From positions 248,001 through 312,000 of the forward strand of contig JALDZX010000021.1 in NCBI GenBank assembly GCA_022813865.1: DNA of 64,000 bases. The letters are read 5' to 3'. The notes below the pieces were generated by a model. The model worked only from the letters and a program-made list of their open reading frames with translations, searched no databases and had not been told where the DNA came from. Position numbers and translations under genes: made by a program. The DNA is from Xylographa opegraphella. Taxonomy: Eukaryota. Every line of letters begins with the position of its first letter. Within the stretch, counting starts at the first letter, position 1. Of this stretch, positions 23,790 through 37,127 are shown one piece after another.

Positions 23790-25727
23790 TCACGACCCCT
23801 CCCCCACCCTCTCCACCCTCTCCTCCCTCGCCTTCCCCCCCTCAACCACCACATCCTCCTCCTCCGCCACGACCGTCGAACCCACACTGCCCCTCTGCGC
23901 CCCGATCCTCCTCCGCAGCGGCCGCGCGCGGTCCGCGCGGCCCACCATCTCCCACTGCAGCTTGCGGTACCAGCTCTCGGGCGCGTCGTCGACGTCGTGC
24001 TTCACGAACAGGCGGTCGATCGACTCGAGCGTCTGGCCCGCCGTCTCGGGGTAGAAGCACCATACGATGGCCGCGTTGGCGAGGTTGAGCACGGCGAAGA
24101 TGATGTATGTGCGGTAGCCGATGTTGGCGAGGGCTGGGGGGGTGATTTCGACGACCTGGGGAGGGGGGGGGGTGGGTGGTTAGTGCGTGTATGTGTGTGT
24201 GTTTTGGGGAAGGAAGGGGGGTGGGGAGGAGAGGCTTACGAGGAAGTTGCCGAGGAAGTCGGCCGCGGCGGCTAGGGCGGCGCCCTTGGCGCGGATTTTG
24301 AGCGGGAGGATCTCCGCGGGGTAGATCCACACGGTGGCCATCCAGCCTGGGGGGGGCACGCTTGTTAGTCCTGGGCGCAGAGCAGGGGTGTGGGGAGGGG
24401 AGCGGAGGGGGGCATCCATACCCCACGTGAAGCAGGCCTCGAACATGAAGACGAAGAAGACGGCGGCGATGCTGGCGCTGTGGCCGCCGACGGCGACACA
24501 CACGGCTTCGCAGACGAGCACGACGCACATGCCGATGGCCATGGAGACGAAGAGCTTCCGCCGGCCCACACGGTCGATCATCCACCAGGTGAGGAAGGAG
24601 GCGATCACGTACCACAGCTGGACGAAGCAGCCGAGGAAGAGGGCCATTTCTTGGTTCATGCCGAGGCTGGTTTGGAAGAGGGTGGGAGCGTAGTAGGTCA
24701 CGCTGGGGGAGGGGAGATGGAGTTAGCAGATTGCAACGAGTCCATGTATGGGGAAATTTGAGGGAATTGCGAAATATCATGTCATGTCCGCCGATCATTT
24801 TTCTTTCGAGAGATGTGTATTCGGATCCAAAGTCTCCCTGGATGGGAAAGGGGGTTCAGCCAAGTATACATACATATTGATACCAGACATCTGCTGCATA
24901 AACTGGATGCCCAGTGCCAAATAGAACCTCTTATTCGAGGAAATGCCGTGCCCTTTGAACAGATCGGTCCAAGAGCCTTCCTCTTTCGACTCGATAGAAA
25001 TCGCCTCCACAATGTCGTTCTTCTCCTCCTGTACCTCCGCATGGTCGGGAGACTTGCCACGCAGCCTTGCGAGGACGGCCAGTCCCCGATCGGCAGACAC
25101 ATCATGGCGTATCAGCCACCGGGGAGTATCCGGAAGAAACGGCGTAACCACCAAGATGTACAGGGAGAAAACACACTGGAAAAGAAGAGGGAACCGCCAC
25201 TGGACGCCGCCTGGATGGAAAAACATCCCGTAATTGATCCAGTAGGCGAGCATCAGTCCGCCCAACATAGTGGTCAGCTGACAGCAAACCTGCCATCCCC
25301 TTTGCGCGGCAGAACTGATCTCGCTTTGGTACACCGGGGTCACGGAAGTGATATAGCCAATCCCGATGCCGGTGATGATTCTCGAAACCATAAACTGCGC
25401 TCGCTCGAAGGCCGATCCCATGATGATACTCCCGACCGTCAGAATGAAAGAGCCCAGAAGAAGACTTCTCTTCCGCCCTAAAGCCTCGGCGGTGAAAGCC
25501 GCGCAGATGGCGCCTATGGCCGCACCTACGTCGTACAAGGCCGTCATTGTACCGATCATGATGGTACTCGGGTTGCCCATCTGAGCAAGCCAGTACTCGG
25601 ACACAACGACGCCGGACATGACCCCTTGGTCGTAGCCAAACAAGCAGAATCCAGCCGCGCAGACACTGGTGATGGCCGCCACGAGGGACGGGCCAGAGAG
25701 GTGGGAGGCTCCTCGCCTGTCAATCAT
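23790..25727 (-). CDS. MFS sugar porter, STL1-like (4 exons: 25727-24874, 24702-~24422, ~24347-24240, ~24156-23790)
   Basis: Sugar-porter signatures LFGYDQGVMSG, LGRK, PVYQSEIS, WRFPL, PDTPRWL, QQMSGINIVTYYAP, DRVGRR, WIYPAEILPLKIRAKG and YPETAG. Confidence 0.92.
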
Positions 25728-26302
25728 GCTTGCTGGTATGACTTTTTCAAGGACAATTCAAGAACTCGAACAATAAATTTCGAGCAGGAACACAGAGTAT
25801 TTACTCAACAAGTACTCACGCGAGTAAAGTCATGCATGACGTAAAGTAGAGACGCGATTGCTGTCGTGAGGCTGGTCTATCTCAAAAATAGTAAAGGATC
25901 TGCATGTCCTACAGATTGCGGGGAAAGTGACAGTATTGAAACTGTTTCGGTCGGCTGTGCCTCTCGGCCATCCTGTAGCGCTAGATGGGGACTTCATGAT
26001 AAGTTGAGATCCACGATTGAAAGCTGATGCTGAGCAATTCCACAGCAGCAATCTTGCAGAGAAGTCGCTTTCTTCCTAGAGTTTTGTAGCGAGCGCCGCA
26101 TTATACGACGAAAGCATTCGTCTTGGCTCCTCTAGGGCCATACATATACTTCGCCTATTCCGATGCATATGCGGGCTGCATATACCGATCTATCATGAGG
26201 TAATTGGGCGTTTGGTGGGATAAAGTAGACAAGAGATCTCTACCTGCGGGACGCTTGCATAGTGCTTTGTACAAGATATGGACAGCCAAGCAGTCTAGAT
26301 CA

Positions 26303-27554
26303 CTAGTACCCCTGAATCGCTTTCGGCAGATACCCTTCCTCCAACTTCTTGATCTCCTCTTCCGTCAACTTCACCTTCACAGCCTCGACAATCTGATCAA
26401 TCCTCTCCTTGCTGTTCAAGCCAACAATCGGGTTCACCGCTTCCTTGCTCAAGCACCACGCTGTCGCAACCGTCGCCATTGGCAAGCCCTTCGATTTTGC
26501 GATCTCCTCGAGAGTGTTCACGATATGCTCGTCGACCTTGTTATCCCTGCTGACGAGCATTTTGAGAAAGTTGTCGGTTTTGTTACGGAGCGTGTCGCGG
26601 TTGTTCCATGGCCGAGCGAGAGCGCCTCGGGCAATAGGGGACCACTGTGATGGACGATCAGCAAGGTCGGAAATGTAAAGCCAGAGAATTGGAGGTCGCA
26701 TACCGGGATCAGGCCGACACCTGTATCACGACAATAAGGAATCATCTCACGCTCTTCCTCACGATACAGCAGGTTGTAGTAGTTTTGCATGCTGACAAAC
26801 TGGTGCCAACCGTGCTCTTTGGCCACAGTCTGGAGCTGTTGAAACTCCCAAGCGGCCATCTGTAGTCTGCTCAGCATCATGATCGGGATCGCCGAGGGCG
26901 AATGCACTTACAGAACTAGCACCAATATATCTGACCCAACCTTTCTCAATAACATCGTTCAGCGCCTTCATGATCTCCTCCTTCGGCGTGTCGTGATCCA
27001 GCCGATGTATTTGCAGCACGTCGATATATGTCCCAAGCCTCTTCACACTCGCCTCGACGGCATCGAAGATATGCTTCCGCGACAAGCCGGCCTGGTTGAC
27101 CAATTCTCCGTCATTTATCCTCGCAGCAGCCATATTAGCCTTTGGATTGGCTGGGTCGAAGCCGAAGTAGCATTTGCTCAGAATCACCAACTTGGGGCGA
27201 GGGATCGAGTATTTCTCAATGGCCTTGGCAATGAGCAGTTCGGAGCGACCATTGGAATATATGTCTGCCTATTGTAACGCCAGGCGGGTGAGCCGTGTCT
27301 TTCACACACAAGTCACGAATGGGAGTTTGACATACAGTGTCCCAGGTATTGATTCCCACTTTGTAGGCGTGCTCCAGTAGAGGCAAGCTCTCCTCTTCAT
27401 TTAAAACCCAATCCTGCCACTCGCTCGAGCCGTAGGACATTGCACCAAGGATGACCTTGGAGATCTTGAGACCTGACTTGCCGAGTCTACCGATATGTTA
27501 GCTAACGGGTCGAGGGAGTGTTACAGATGCAGACAGTCACCTTGTGTACTCCAT
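26303..27554 (-). CDS. Aldo-keto reductase (aryl-alcohol dehydrogenase/YPL088W-like), 5 exons
   Basis: MEYTR/LGKSGLKISKVILGAMSYG, GINTWDT/ADIYSNG, GLSRKHIFDAVEASVKRLGTYIDVLQIHR, SMQNYYNLLYREEEREM and WSPIARG. Confidence 0.92.
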
Positions 27555-27914
27555 GGTTGAATGTGAGGAATTTTTACTTGTTGGTGGTTATGTTTGTGGT
27601 CAGTGAATAGCAGCGAGCGAAAGCTGATATTTATGGATATCTCGTGTGAGTACGAAGGAGGACGGTTTTCAATCCGGCAATAAAGCCATTATATCCGCCC
27701 CTACCTCCGAATTACGTAGCATGGTAAGGCTGTCCTCAGGCAGTCCGGCACGAAGCTTGAAGATCTCTTGAGGTTGAAGCGCGGACTTAAAGCCCCGCTG
27801 CGCTTCGGCCAAGCAGCCAATCACATCAAAGATAAGGTCACATCACAGGTATGCGACTGCTCCTGCTGATTCCTGAAGATATTGAAACATTAACGGTACA
27901 CAACTGTTCTGATA

Positions 27915-30900
27915 TCAGCCTCTCCATCCCAGGGCATAGTCAATCCAGTCCAACACCCCCGTATCCTCCTCCCTTTGACCCTGGCCGTCGACGTGGTCTG
28001 AGAGGATCTTGCCTTGGCCGCCGTTCCCGATCTCGTCACTCCCAGCAAGCTTGTTGCCACTTGCATACACTTTGCTGTCATATCCATCCAACGCCGACTG
28101 CTTGATACATTCTGTCCGATTCGGCCGAGACCAGAGAGCGTCCCGGAGAGGGATCAGAGGAGACAGGCCATTGAAGTATATGCCTGCATTATAGCCCTGG
28201 CTCTGTATATATAGCGGCAAACACACATACCAGGTCAGACAATAGACCAGTTTGCTCCCTAGCGAGCGACTCGACCATGACGTACTGGCAGCGCAACAAT
28301 GTTTCGATTTCTCGATTTCCGCCGTCATTTTCGCCAATTGTTCGCCGAGCGATGCCTTGTCGGTCATGACCGAAAGTATATCAGGTGTCTCTTGATTGAA
28401 CCCGACGCTTTTGTCTTGAGCCTGCAATTTACTTTCTTGCTGAAGTTTGTCCTGCTCGTCTTCCACCGGTCCACATGTCGGAGTGTCGATAATCACAAAA
28501 GGCTCCTCTTCATCGTTTGGAGGAGATTCGAGCTTGACCACCTCGTTCGAACATGTTGCTGACTTAGCGGTGTCACGAATAAACGAGAAATGATAGTCGG
28601 ATGTAAGTATCGGCAGCCGCATTTCACTATGACCTCGACTGCGAGAAAACCGAGTGACTCGGCTCTCTGGAGGGTTTGAGAGAAGGATTGTGCCTGATTG
28701 AACGAAGTCAGTCTATCAGGTCGACCAAGCCTACTCTCCATGATTCAGAACTACTCACAGTCTTCGACTTCCAATCTCATATGAGCCTGGAGGATGGTCA
28801 TTCCTACAATCTTAGGAAGAGGTTTCTCGACCCTTCCATCCTCGCTGTCTTGCTCAATGTTCACATAGTCTTCAAGTATTGGCGTACAGCAAAGTTGCTC
28901 AAAAAAGAACGTGATGTGCACTACCTTCCCTGCTCTCATATCTCTTGTGTTGAAAAGATCCAAAACGGCGTCGTCCGTCTCCCGCCACTCTCCTTGCCCC
29001 TGTGTGGCCAGTCGTCCGTTGACAAACGAGAAAGAAGGTACCCATCCCTGTGAATCAATGGTCAACAGCTGCAGACCCGTCCCAATCTGCACCTCCACGT
29101 CGATTTGGCATCCCAACAATCCATCCGATATCTGAAACAACGAAACCTGTAGGTTTCTAGCCACAGAGACCGAAATCTCATCCATTTGGGTTTGGTCCAT
29201 GGTCGTCAAACTTCTAAATTTTACGCGAACAAGCTCAGAGACCTTGAATTGCGGATTATCATCTACGAACTGGGGAAGAGTATCAGGTATAGGAAGTCTG
29301 TCGAATCGCATATATTTGTGTCCTGCTTTAGAACTCTGGAGGACTTTCCACCTGGTGTGCGAATCATTCTGTATATGCTCAAGCTTTAATGGTAGCCGTG
29401 GTAGACTCAGAATTATGCTTTCAGACAAGACTTTTCCAAAGAGGGGCCGCAGAGTGGGAAGGAAAATTTCCGTCGGGGAACTGACATCGATTGGTATGGA
29501 GAAGCTGATGTCAAGATGGCCATGTACATCCTCAGTGTTCCGCATGACGCTGATGAGCGTCTCGCTTTCCTTCGCGCCTGAAGTCAAAAGAAGTGTATTG
29601 TGCAGGGCGACACACCTCCCATTGTCAACTTGATACTGCGCGTCTCCTAACGATCCATGTCTGACGACAATGAAGAGCTCGACCTCATCAGCCCATACGT
29701 CTTTCTCATCAACTTCGCAAAGCAGTCTCGCATTGTAATAGAGTCTCCTGATGCCTGAGCTACTGCTTGGCAGGAACGCAGCACAGGCATCCACGGAAAC
29801 CGAGAACTCTGATATACAATGAACAGGCTTCTTCGTCCGTATCGATATAAGAGGGGACTCATCAAGCCGGAATCGGCCGATGATGTGGCTGGACTCTTTG
29901 AGATGATAGTCCATGAGCGCCTCCGACCCAAATCTCATACCCCAGCCATCAGGAGTATTCACGGTAGGTTCAAAGTAAAAAGCAAAGCTTCCGGTGGGCA
30001 TTCGATCTTGCGCGACTTCCGCTCTTATCAAGCCCGGAATGCAGAAGGACTGATGATGCTGTGCATCCAATATCGATAGTCGAATCTTCGCTTTAATGTC
30101 TATTTCGTAAGTGCCTGTTGTGCTTTCCCCACACACGACATACAGCTTCCCATCCTCTTCCACCAAATCTGGCGCTACGTGACGAGTTTCCAAGCTTTGC
30201 ACGGTGATATTCGAGCGCTCTGCTTTGCGGGGTGTTTCCCACCGTTCTAGGATTTGCGAAACTGAGATATCGAGATCTTCCGAGCGCTGAGCATCGACGC
30301 AAGAAGCTACCGTACCAGCTACTGGCACACATGTCTGTCGCTCGGTAGCCTCCGGAAAGAGCTCATTCTTGCTTTTGAGGGCACTTCCGCCCGCTTCAAT
30401 ATTTTGCTGATTCGGGCTATGAGGAGGCGCCTTGGCTAAAGCACCAATAAGGTCTGACCCACCCGAACACATCCAGTCACAAACACCATGCACATGGCGA
30501 TGGGTCTCGGATTGTGATCTAGCCCTCTGACCAGCAGTGCGCCTGAGTGGCTCCCGAGAAGCAACCGAACACGTGCCCTGGTCGGGTTTGACATCATTCC
30601 CTTGAGGTATCCTCGGTGGCCGCACCGATTCCTCGAACAATGACCCGCCACTGCCTAAGCTTCTGGATCGTTTCCGCAGTGGAGACACTGCAACATCAGC
30701 CCCACGTCTGCGATCGGTACGAGCAATTCTCTGACCCCGCTTGCTGACACTGAGCGTCAAAGGCGAAGGATGCTGCGTAGATATCGGCCGCTCGTTCTCC
30801 ATCACCGCAGCAGAACTCAAACCATCACGCACCCTGTCATCCTCACCTATGGAACCTGATTCCGTGACTGCGAGGGGAGCCACATCGATGTCCTTAATCT

Positions 30901-31371
30901 CCCTCCACCGCTCCGCCGCCACGACCGGCGAGAAGCTCTCAAAACTAGTGATATCCCTATACAGCATCGCCAACTGGCTCTGATGCTTCGCCGCGAGCTG
31001 CCGGTTCCACTGAACGAGGCCCTCCGCGTCCAGGGGGCTAAACGCATCCATGTCCAGCGGCCAAACGATATTGCCAATCTCGCCACTTGCCTGAGCGTCG
31101 TCCACATTGCCCGCCTCCTCGTGGACCGACGGCGTGATGTGCCGGACGCGAGCGACGGAGGCCGACTCGACGAGCTTGTGGGCCTGGTCGAGGATAAGGA
31201 CGCGGGTGTGGGGACGACACTCGAGCTGCAGAGATGTTAGAAAGCTAGGTCGTGGGTGTGAGCTGGGGCGTGTACTTGGATGCAGAGGTCGACGTTGACG
31301 GCATGGTCTTGTACACCATCCCAAACGGCTCGAATGTCCACGTCGCGCAGATAGCGGGTGGGACACGCCAT
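27915..31371 (-). CDS. Large uncharacterised protein (~1100 aa, 3 exons) with a C-terminal hydrophobic segment
   Basis: ATG at 31371 (MACPTRYLRDV...), intron ~31274-31227, the 871-aa ORF, then intron 28758-~28696 joining in frame to ORF 27915-28622; ends ...LVYCLTWYVCLPLYI...LDWIDYALGWRG*. Confidence 0.7.
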
Positions 31372-31942
31372 TGGAGGGACGCTTTACACTGTACCTTTTT
31401 TTTCGAAAATGTAATCTAGTGAGGCTTGAAATCGAATTATGACTCGTAATCAGTGTTATGGAAAGTGATCATCAACGATATAGTACCGTGAATGGTATCT
31501 GCAATGAATTGAGCAACGAAGTTATGTTTCTGGCATAGAACTAGAAGAGTGTGCAAAGCAAGTCGGACCCTCTTTACTTTTCTATGGATTAGATACAGAA
31601 ACGAAACTGTGTTTTAATCGGAAAGCGCCACCGACTGTTTTGCGATGAACTCTCCCACCATATACTTATTTTCTTCCAACGTTCATGTACGTTATACTGC
31701 TCATACACCAGAGAAGACAACAATCTATCAGCGACGCCAGCTTCTTCTGGCGAAACACGTCAGTGGTGGACACCGTGGTGTCGTAACCAAACGAAGACTC
31801 TTCCCCTTGACACCGATCCCACACATCTATTCCAACAAGATGTACTTCAAAGGCAAAAAAACACTTGTATCGTCGTCAATCATACAGCATAAACGAGGGT
31901 ATCGAGTAATTAAGCGCCACGAAATGCAATTATGCAAATTTA

Positions 31943-33916
31943 TTAGCCAGGCTCATGAAGGTTTCGACGATCGTCGAGATTAAGATTAGTGGACTGGTAT
32001 CCTGCGTATCGTTCGTGAGAACTGTGTGGAGTCTGTTGTGGTACTGGCTGACTTGGAAGTCGACTATCAGGTGGTACGTAATTATTGTATCCGCCAGGAG
32101 AACTTATGACGACAGGCTGGGAATTTGGGCCATTAGATTGTAAAGGAGGGAGGAGATTAGACGCTGCAGTGTTCGTCATACCATATCTGCCTTGTGTGGG
32201 TTGTAAGCCTCGCAGTGCTTGTTCAGGTGATTGCATTTGTTGCGGGTAGTGTAAATATTCTTCTTTTATAGCCGAAGATCTTCTTTGGTTGACGGAAGAA
32301 ATCGCATTGGGTATTTGGGTGTATGGAACAGAGGTGTTAGTCTGAAGCTGGTCTGCAGGATTGCTGTGTCTGTTCATCGGTACAGGCTGAGCAATCCGTG
32401 GGAAAGTTGTTGACTGCACATCCGCAAATTGACTATGAGGATATCCTTGGGAGGCATATTTGACTTGCTGCTGGAAGACCAGCTGTTGTGCCTGAGGACC
32501 ATAAGATATTTGTGACCTTGGCGAGACAAAAGGCGATGAAGCTGACGCCGACGATGTCTCCTGGACAGGGTACCGGAACGAGAAATCAGGCATCGCTGTA
32601 GAGACTGAGAGTGGTGCCTGTCCGTAGTCTGGTGTATTATGTGGCAAGGATTGGCTTTGGGTGGTATAGAGGTTATAGGAACTCTGCGGCTGGGGAAAGG
32701 ACCTTTGGTTGTATGACGCATCACGTTCATAAGAACCCGTCCCATTTGTCACAGAAGTTCTTTGTCGTTTAAGCGAAGGCTGTTGATAATCGGCAATATA
32801 TTCTTTGGATGATGTTTGCCCAAAAGTTGATGCTGGTATATATTGCATTTGGGCACTTGTGATTGGAGCTTCATGACGGATTTGCTGGGGGAATGTCTGT
32901 GGAAAGTCCTCTGATCTTGCACTAGATGGAGCGGGTCGTTTACTATACTTTTATCAGTTATACTTGTCGAGAGTCAAGCGGTTCACCTTACAGCAGAGTG
33001 CGGGTCTCCTTCCGTATTCTCAGCCGTACTCCTTGATCGCCAAAAGATCTTGAAAGAAAGGTGGATTCTGACATCCCAGGAAAGCTTTTCGCAGCGTGGA
33101 CTGGAACATGATCAGTGAGCGTGTTAACGGAATTCTAGTTCCGAGAGCAGTTACCAGTGAAGACATCCGATAGCATTGATTTGATGTAGATGACCTCTGT
33201 CCTGGGAGCTTGTCAGCATGGAACCACCATCGGATTGAGCTACCAGCTACTTGAACATCTCGAATAGGCTGAATCGAAGACGAAAATCGCCTTCTACTTT
33301 GACGGATAAGTCCCCAAAAACGAAAAAACCACCATCTAGAATGAAGGCGTTAATATTTCACAAGGTCAGTATAACAAAGTGTTCATTGGCTTACCAGTAT
33401 TGTCAATGTCCTTTAATCTATGCAGCGATGACACCAGTGTTCCCGCCAGTACAGCTGTGGAATCTTGCTGTATGTGCCGATCTTCGGTTGCATCCCAGAG
33501 ATTGCAGCACATAAAGAAGTAAGGACTTTGCAGATAGTTCCTATCAAACTTTAGGACAGCACAATAGCTATGGACAAGTAACTTTACTGTGCTGGATCAT
33601 TGTCATCACGGACTATCAGCTGGATTATTGGTGGAGGGTCGACTGGTTTGCGATCTTGAAGCACAGGCGGAAATGTGAGCCTCGGAATCACCATTCACTT
33701 GGAGGTGAGGACTTACCCTTTTCTTTTGAGCCAGTAACGCGCGCTCGTTCTGGACCTTGTCGGATTTTGATCGTGAAAGCTCCACTATTGAAGTCCATGG
33801 TCAGTGGACAACGCGCTGATGGCTAGCAGAGCGCAGATGGTCAAGCTTGGGATGAGCTCTAACCTTGGGAGTTTCACTCGTTGTGACGTTTCATCAACTG
33901 CTTGATAAGCGTTCAT
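31943..33916 (-). CDS. vosA: Velvet-domain transcription regulator VosA (8 exons)
   Basis: Manual splicing gives MNAYQ...[30 protein letters not shown]...[12 protein letters not shown]...[44 protein letters not shown]...[26 protein letters not shown]: an N-terminal velvet domain followed by a Q/P/S-rich tail, i.e. VosA architecture. Confidence 0.92.
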
Positions 33917-36900
33917 CGAGGAGCCCGAGCCTCTAATATGGTACTGCCCTGGAGAGAACAGATGTTCCTCAGGCCTGCGAGCCACGAGAGCCAGCTTGGA
34001 GACGCCCACGTGGGGAAGTTAAGAAGGTACGACTGTGTATTGTATTGCTTTCTCGCCGGGAGCGTCCTATCCTCTGTAGATGTGACTACTGAGCCGAGTT
34101 AGAGCGGGAACTTCAATGCCATGGGTGAACTGATGGCATACGAGATTAAGCTTCATAGTCTGAACTCGGGAACCTTGAGAGCTTGGTCCTATCGGTCGAG
34201 TCCAGATTTTGCAAGAAGAAAGGAGGGAGGAGTATCCGTGAACAGCACCCAGGCAGTCGAAAGAACCACCGGTTCAGGTGAAATGTTTCCACTGAATAAT
34301 CTGTGACCGCGAAAAGTGGGAGCTGACGATGATAGCTCTTGAATGGAGGGGTAGCGAGTCGATTAGGGTTCGTCTCCACTCCGAGGGGTTAGGCTGAAGC
34401 ACTATCTCTTTCCAAGCTTGTGACAGTCTGAATGTGGGTATCACCAAAGCCTATCTTCCTCTAACCTTTCGGTCCTTCCTTTCCCGCCACCTCCACAAAA
34501 GTGCGTTGATTGCACAGCAGGCGCCGAAAGGAGCGATTGTCACAAAACTGCCCTTCTCTATGCTCTTCAGCGTGTGCGGTCCAACAGAGCTCCTCGTACG
34601 GGAGACGGATTCTTGCTCAACTGTGGCCAAAGCTGCCGCTTCGCTGAGATCGGCCAAATCAAGCAATCACTCCAATCCTGCGTAATTCTGTTCGATCGGG
34701 GCGACGATGCTGGAAGACAAGTGCGAGTCCCGATCACAACCCACACGTCGGACAGAGCCTTACAATAATGGCTGGGGTCGCAAGAATCGGCCGATATGCC
34801 AGCCTTTGGCGGAAAAGGAGTTCACGCACAGGGGTGGAAATAATATATTGCTCGAGCACACTTGGAGAGGAGGATGGCTGCTGAGAATTGCAATGTCGTC
34901 AAAGAGCGATCTGGCGGGGTCTTGACAGCCGGACAATGAGGCTGACAAGCAACAACGCCGCGTCAATCGCAGGAAGACGAAAGATATCAGAAACAGCAAT
35001 GAAGCACAAGTGAACAGCAGAAGAAGTTGATGTCGAGATCCCTATACACCCACTGCTCCCGCGCGTCGAAAACCTGGAAATCGCAGAGCACGAGGGGTTG
35101 TGGAGCTGGAGAAAAATAAGTATACCAACGGCGACGACAATATTGAGAAGACGATGCAAGGTTCCACAGCGGAGTAAGACGCAGACCCCGGACCGTGATC
35201 AACGACGACGGCGGCTTGATGCAGGCATCCAAGTGCCAGCCACTACCGACTCGTTGAATTGAGACTACTGACACCAGCGTCCATATGCTCATCTCAACGT
35301 GGGCTGGCTAAGCAATGACTACGACCGAAGAGGCAGCGAACCCATGCCCGAAAGACTCGATATTAACGGGGGTGCACAGGGCCAGCAACTGTGTAGTGAC
35401 TGGACAGGAGTCAAGCACAGACCCGAGCGTTCAGTTTTGGGGGGGGGGAGGGGGGGGTGGTTCGGCTGCATGGGACCTTCGCCCCCGGGGCAAGTCGCTA
35501 AGGGAGCTAAACACACAACGTGAAATTAATAATGGGTGGCAGATGCAGGACACAGGGTCCGTGGCAGGGCCCCCAAGGATCCGGTCACGCCGGCTCCGCA
35601 GCGATGTTGACCAGGCTCCTTGGCCACTTCTTCTTTCAGACAGCACCGATACTCGATTGAGGGATTTGGGGGAGTGAGCTTGCCAGCGAGCCGCTGTATC
35701 CCCGTCGCGCGCCGTCCAGAGCGTGTGACGATTCCTTCTTCCTCGCATAAGCCTGGAGTGGACACGTCGGTTTAAAGAAACGTTGTACACCCGGGCCGGC
35801 ATCGCGTGGCGAAAGCATGCGCCTGGAGACCAACCGGCACACCCACCACGCCATCCCCTGTCGCGCATTGCATACCTTTGGGCGTCTCGCTTACAGAAAG
35901 TGGAAACTGGAAGCTCGATCGAAGGGCAGCTCATCAGTCGCGTTCACAGCTGCGCTTTGATTATTCTTTCGGACTGCTGCACCCACCACTGTACAGCAGC
36001 CAAGCCCAACCCTCACGTCTGGAAGTCTCGGACGTCGAGTGTTTCTACGCCGTCGGTGCCATGATCTCGCAGTCCCGCATGCCTCGAGCATCAGGATTGC
36101 TCTCCTGTCGCCGCAATCCGTCGGGCAACGCGGCGACGAAAATGCGCAATCAGCCAGCACGAGATTGCAGTCGTGTCATTGGCCGAATCATAATACCCCC
36201 GAGAGTGCCTCTCTTCATACTCTACTCCTTGGCAAAAGCATTTTATTCTTAGCGCACACCATGGGCAGTCGATAAGTAGATCCTAGTCGACCATGTGCCA
36301 TCCCTGACGTTCGACTTGTACGACACGTCGGCGCCATTCTGATCCGTTCCAGCCAACTGAGCTAATTCCTCGTCGTGCCTGCTACGTGCCCAAGGACTCC
36401 GGAGGTGCCGGCCAGTGGCTTTGACGGCCGCAACGCCATCCGCTCTCGCATGCAACGCGCGACTGCGGGCAAACGACATGGACTCCATGGGGAGTCGAGG
36501 ACTTTCAACGCACATGGCTGAAGCAGAGGTGTTGTCGAGATAAGCAAAGGTGGTTACGAAGGACCGTTGACCAATGTTCGCATGGATCTCCCCCTCCCAT
36601 GGTTCGCGTACGGCCCGCAACTTCCAAGTCGCTCCGCGAACCAGGAAAGCCATCGGCGACGGATAGCAGAAAGACCATGGGGAGAGCTCCCGACGGATCG
36701 ACGCACGTCTCCAACTCGGGTGTGCGTACCAACGACCGATGCACAGGAAGGCAACGCGCATCGCATGGTCCGCATGGTCAGAGCGCGTTACCGCCGACCC
36801 GCTGTGGGCTGGTGAGCTGCCACGCGCTTGACAGTCGAAGCCGTCTGATGTCCTTTCGGTCTCCCTCGTCGGCGACGACCGGCGGTGGAGGAAGAGAGGC

Positions 36901-37089
36901 GCGACCGCAGCGAGGCGAACATATCCGGGACTGGAGGGAGCACTGCTGTGTCGGTGCATCAGCTGGTGTCTGCCACCAGATCCAAGCAGAAGACCCGGGG
37001 GGGGGGTCAGCCACGACGGGCCCAGTGGGGTGACCTGTGGACGAAGTGTACGGGATCAAGATCGTTCGGCTTCATCATGAGCGGCGTCC

Positions 37090-37127
37090 ATCGTCGCCGT
37101 CGCCATCATCGTCATCGTCATCGTCGT
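37090..37127 (+). repeat. Imperfect (CGT/CAT)n microsatellite
   Basis: catcgtcgccgtcgccatcatcgtcatcgtcatcgtcgt in the vosA upstream region. Confidence 0.6.

Noticed and set aside
23790..27554. Sugar porter plus aldo-keto reductase as a metabolic gene cluster
   Set aside because: Both families are abundant, and there is no backbone enzyme or regulator to support a cluster.
34360..34395. Telomere-like words (TTAGGGTT, GGTTAGG), considered as a possible telomerase RNA template; similar AACCCTAA at ~3033 and ~41186
   Set aside because: Only 8-nt matches, expected by chance; no full UAACCCUAA template and no recognisable pseudoknot or CR4/5 element.
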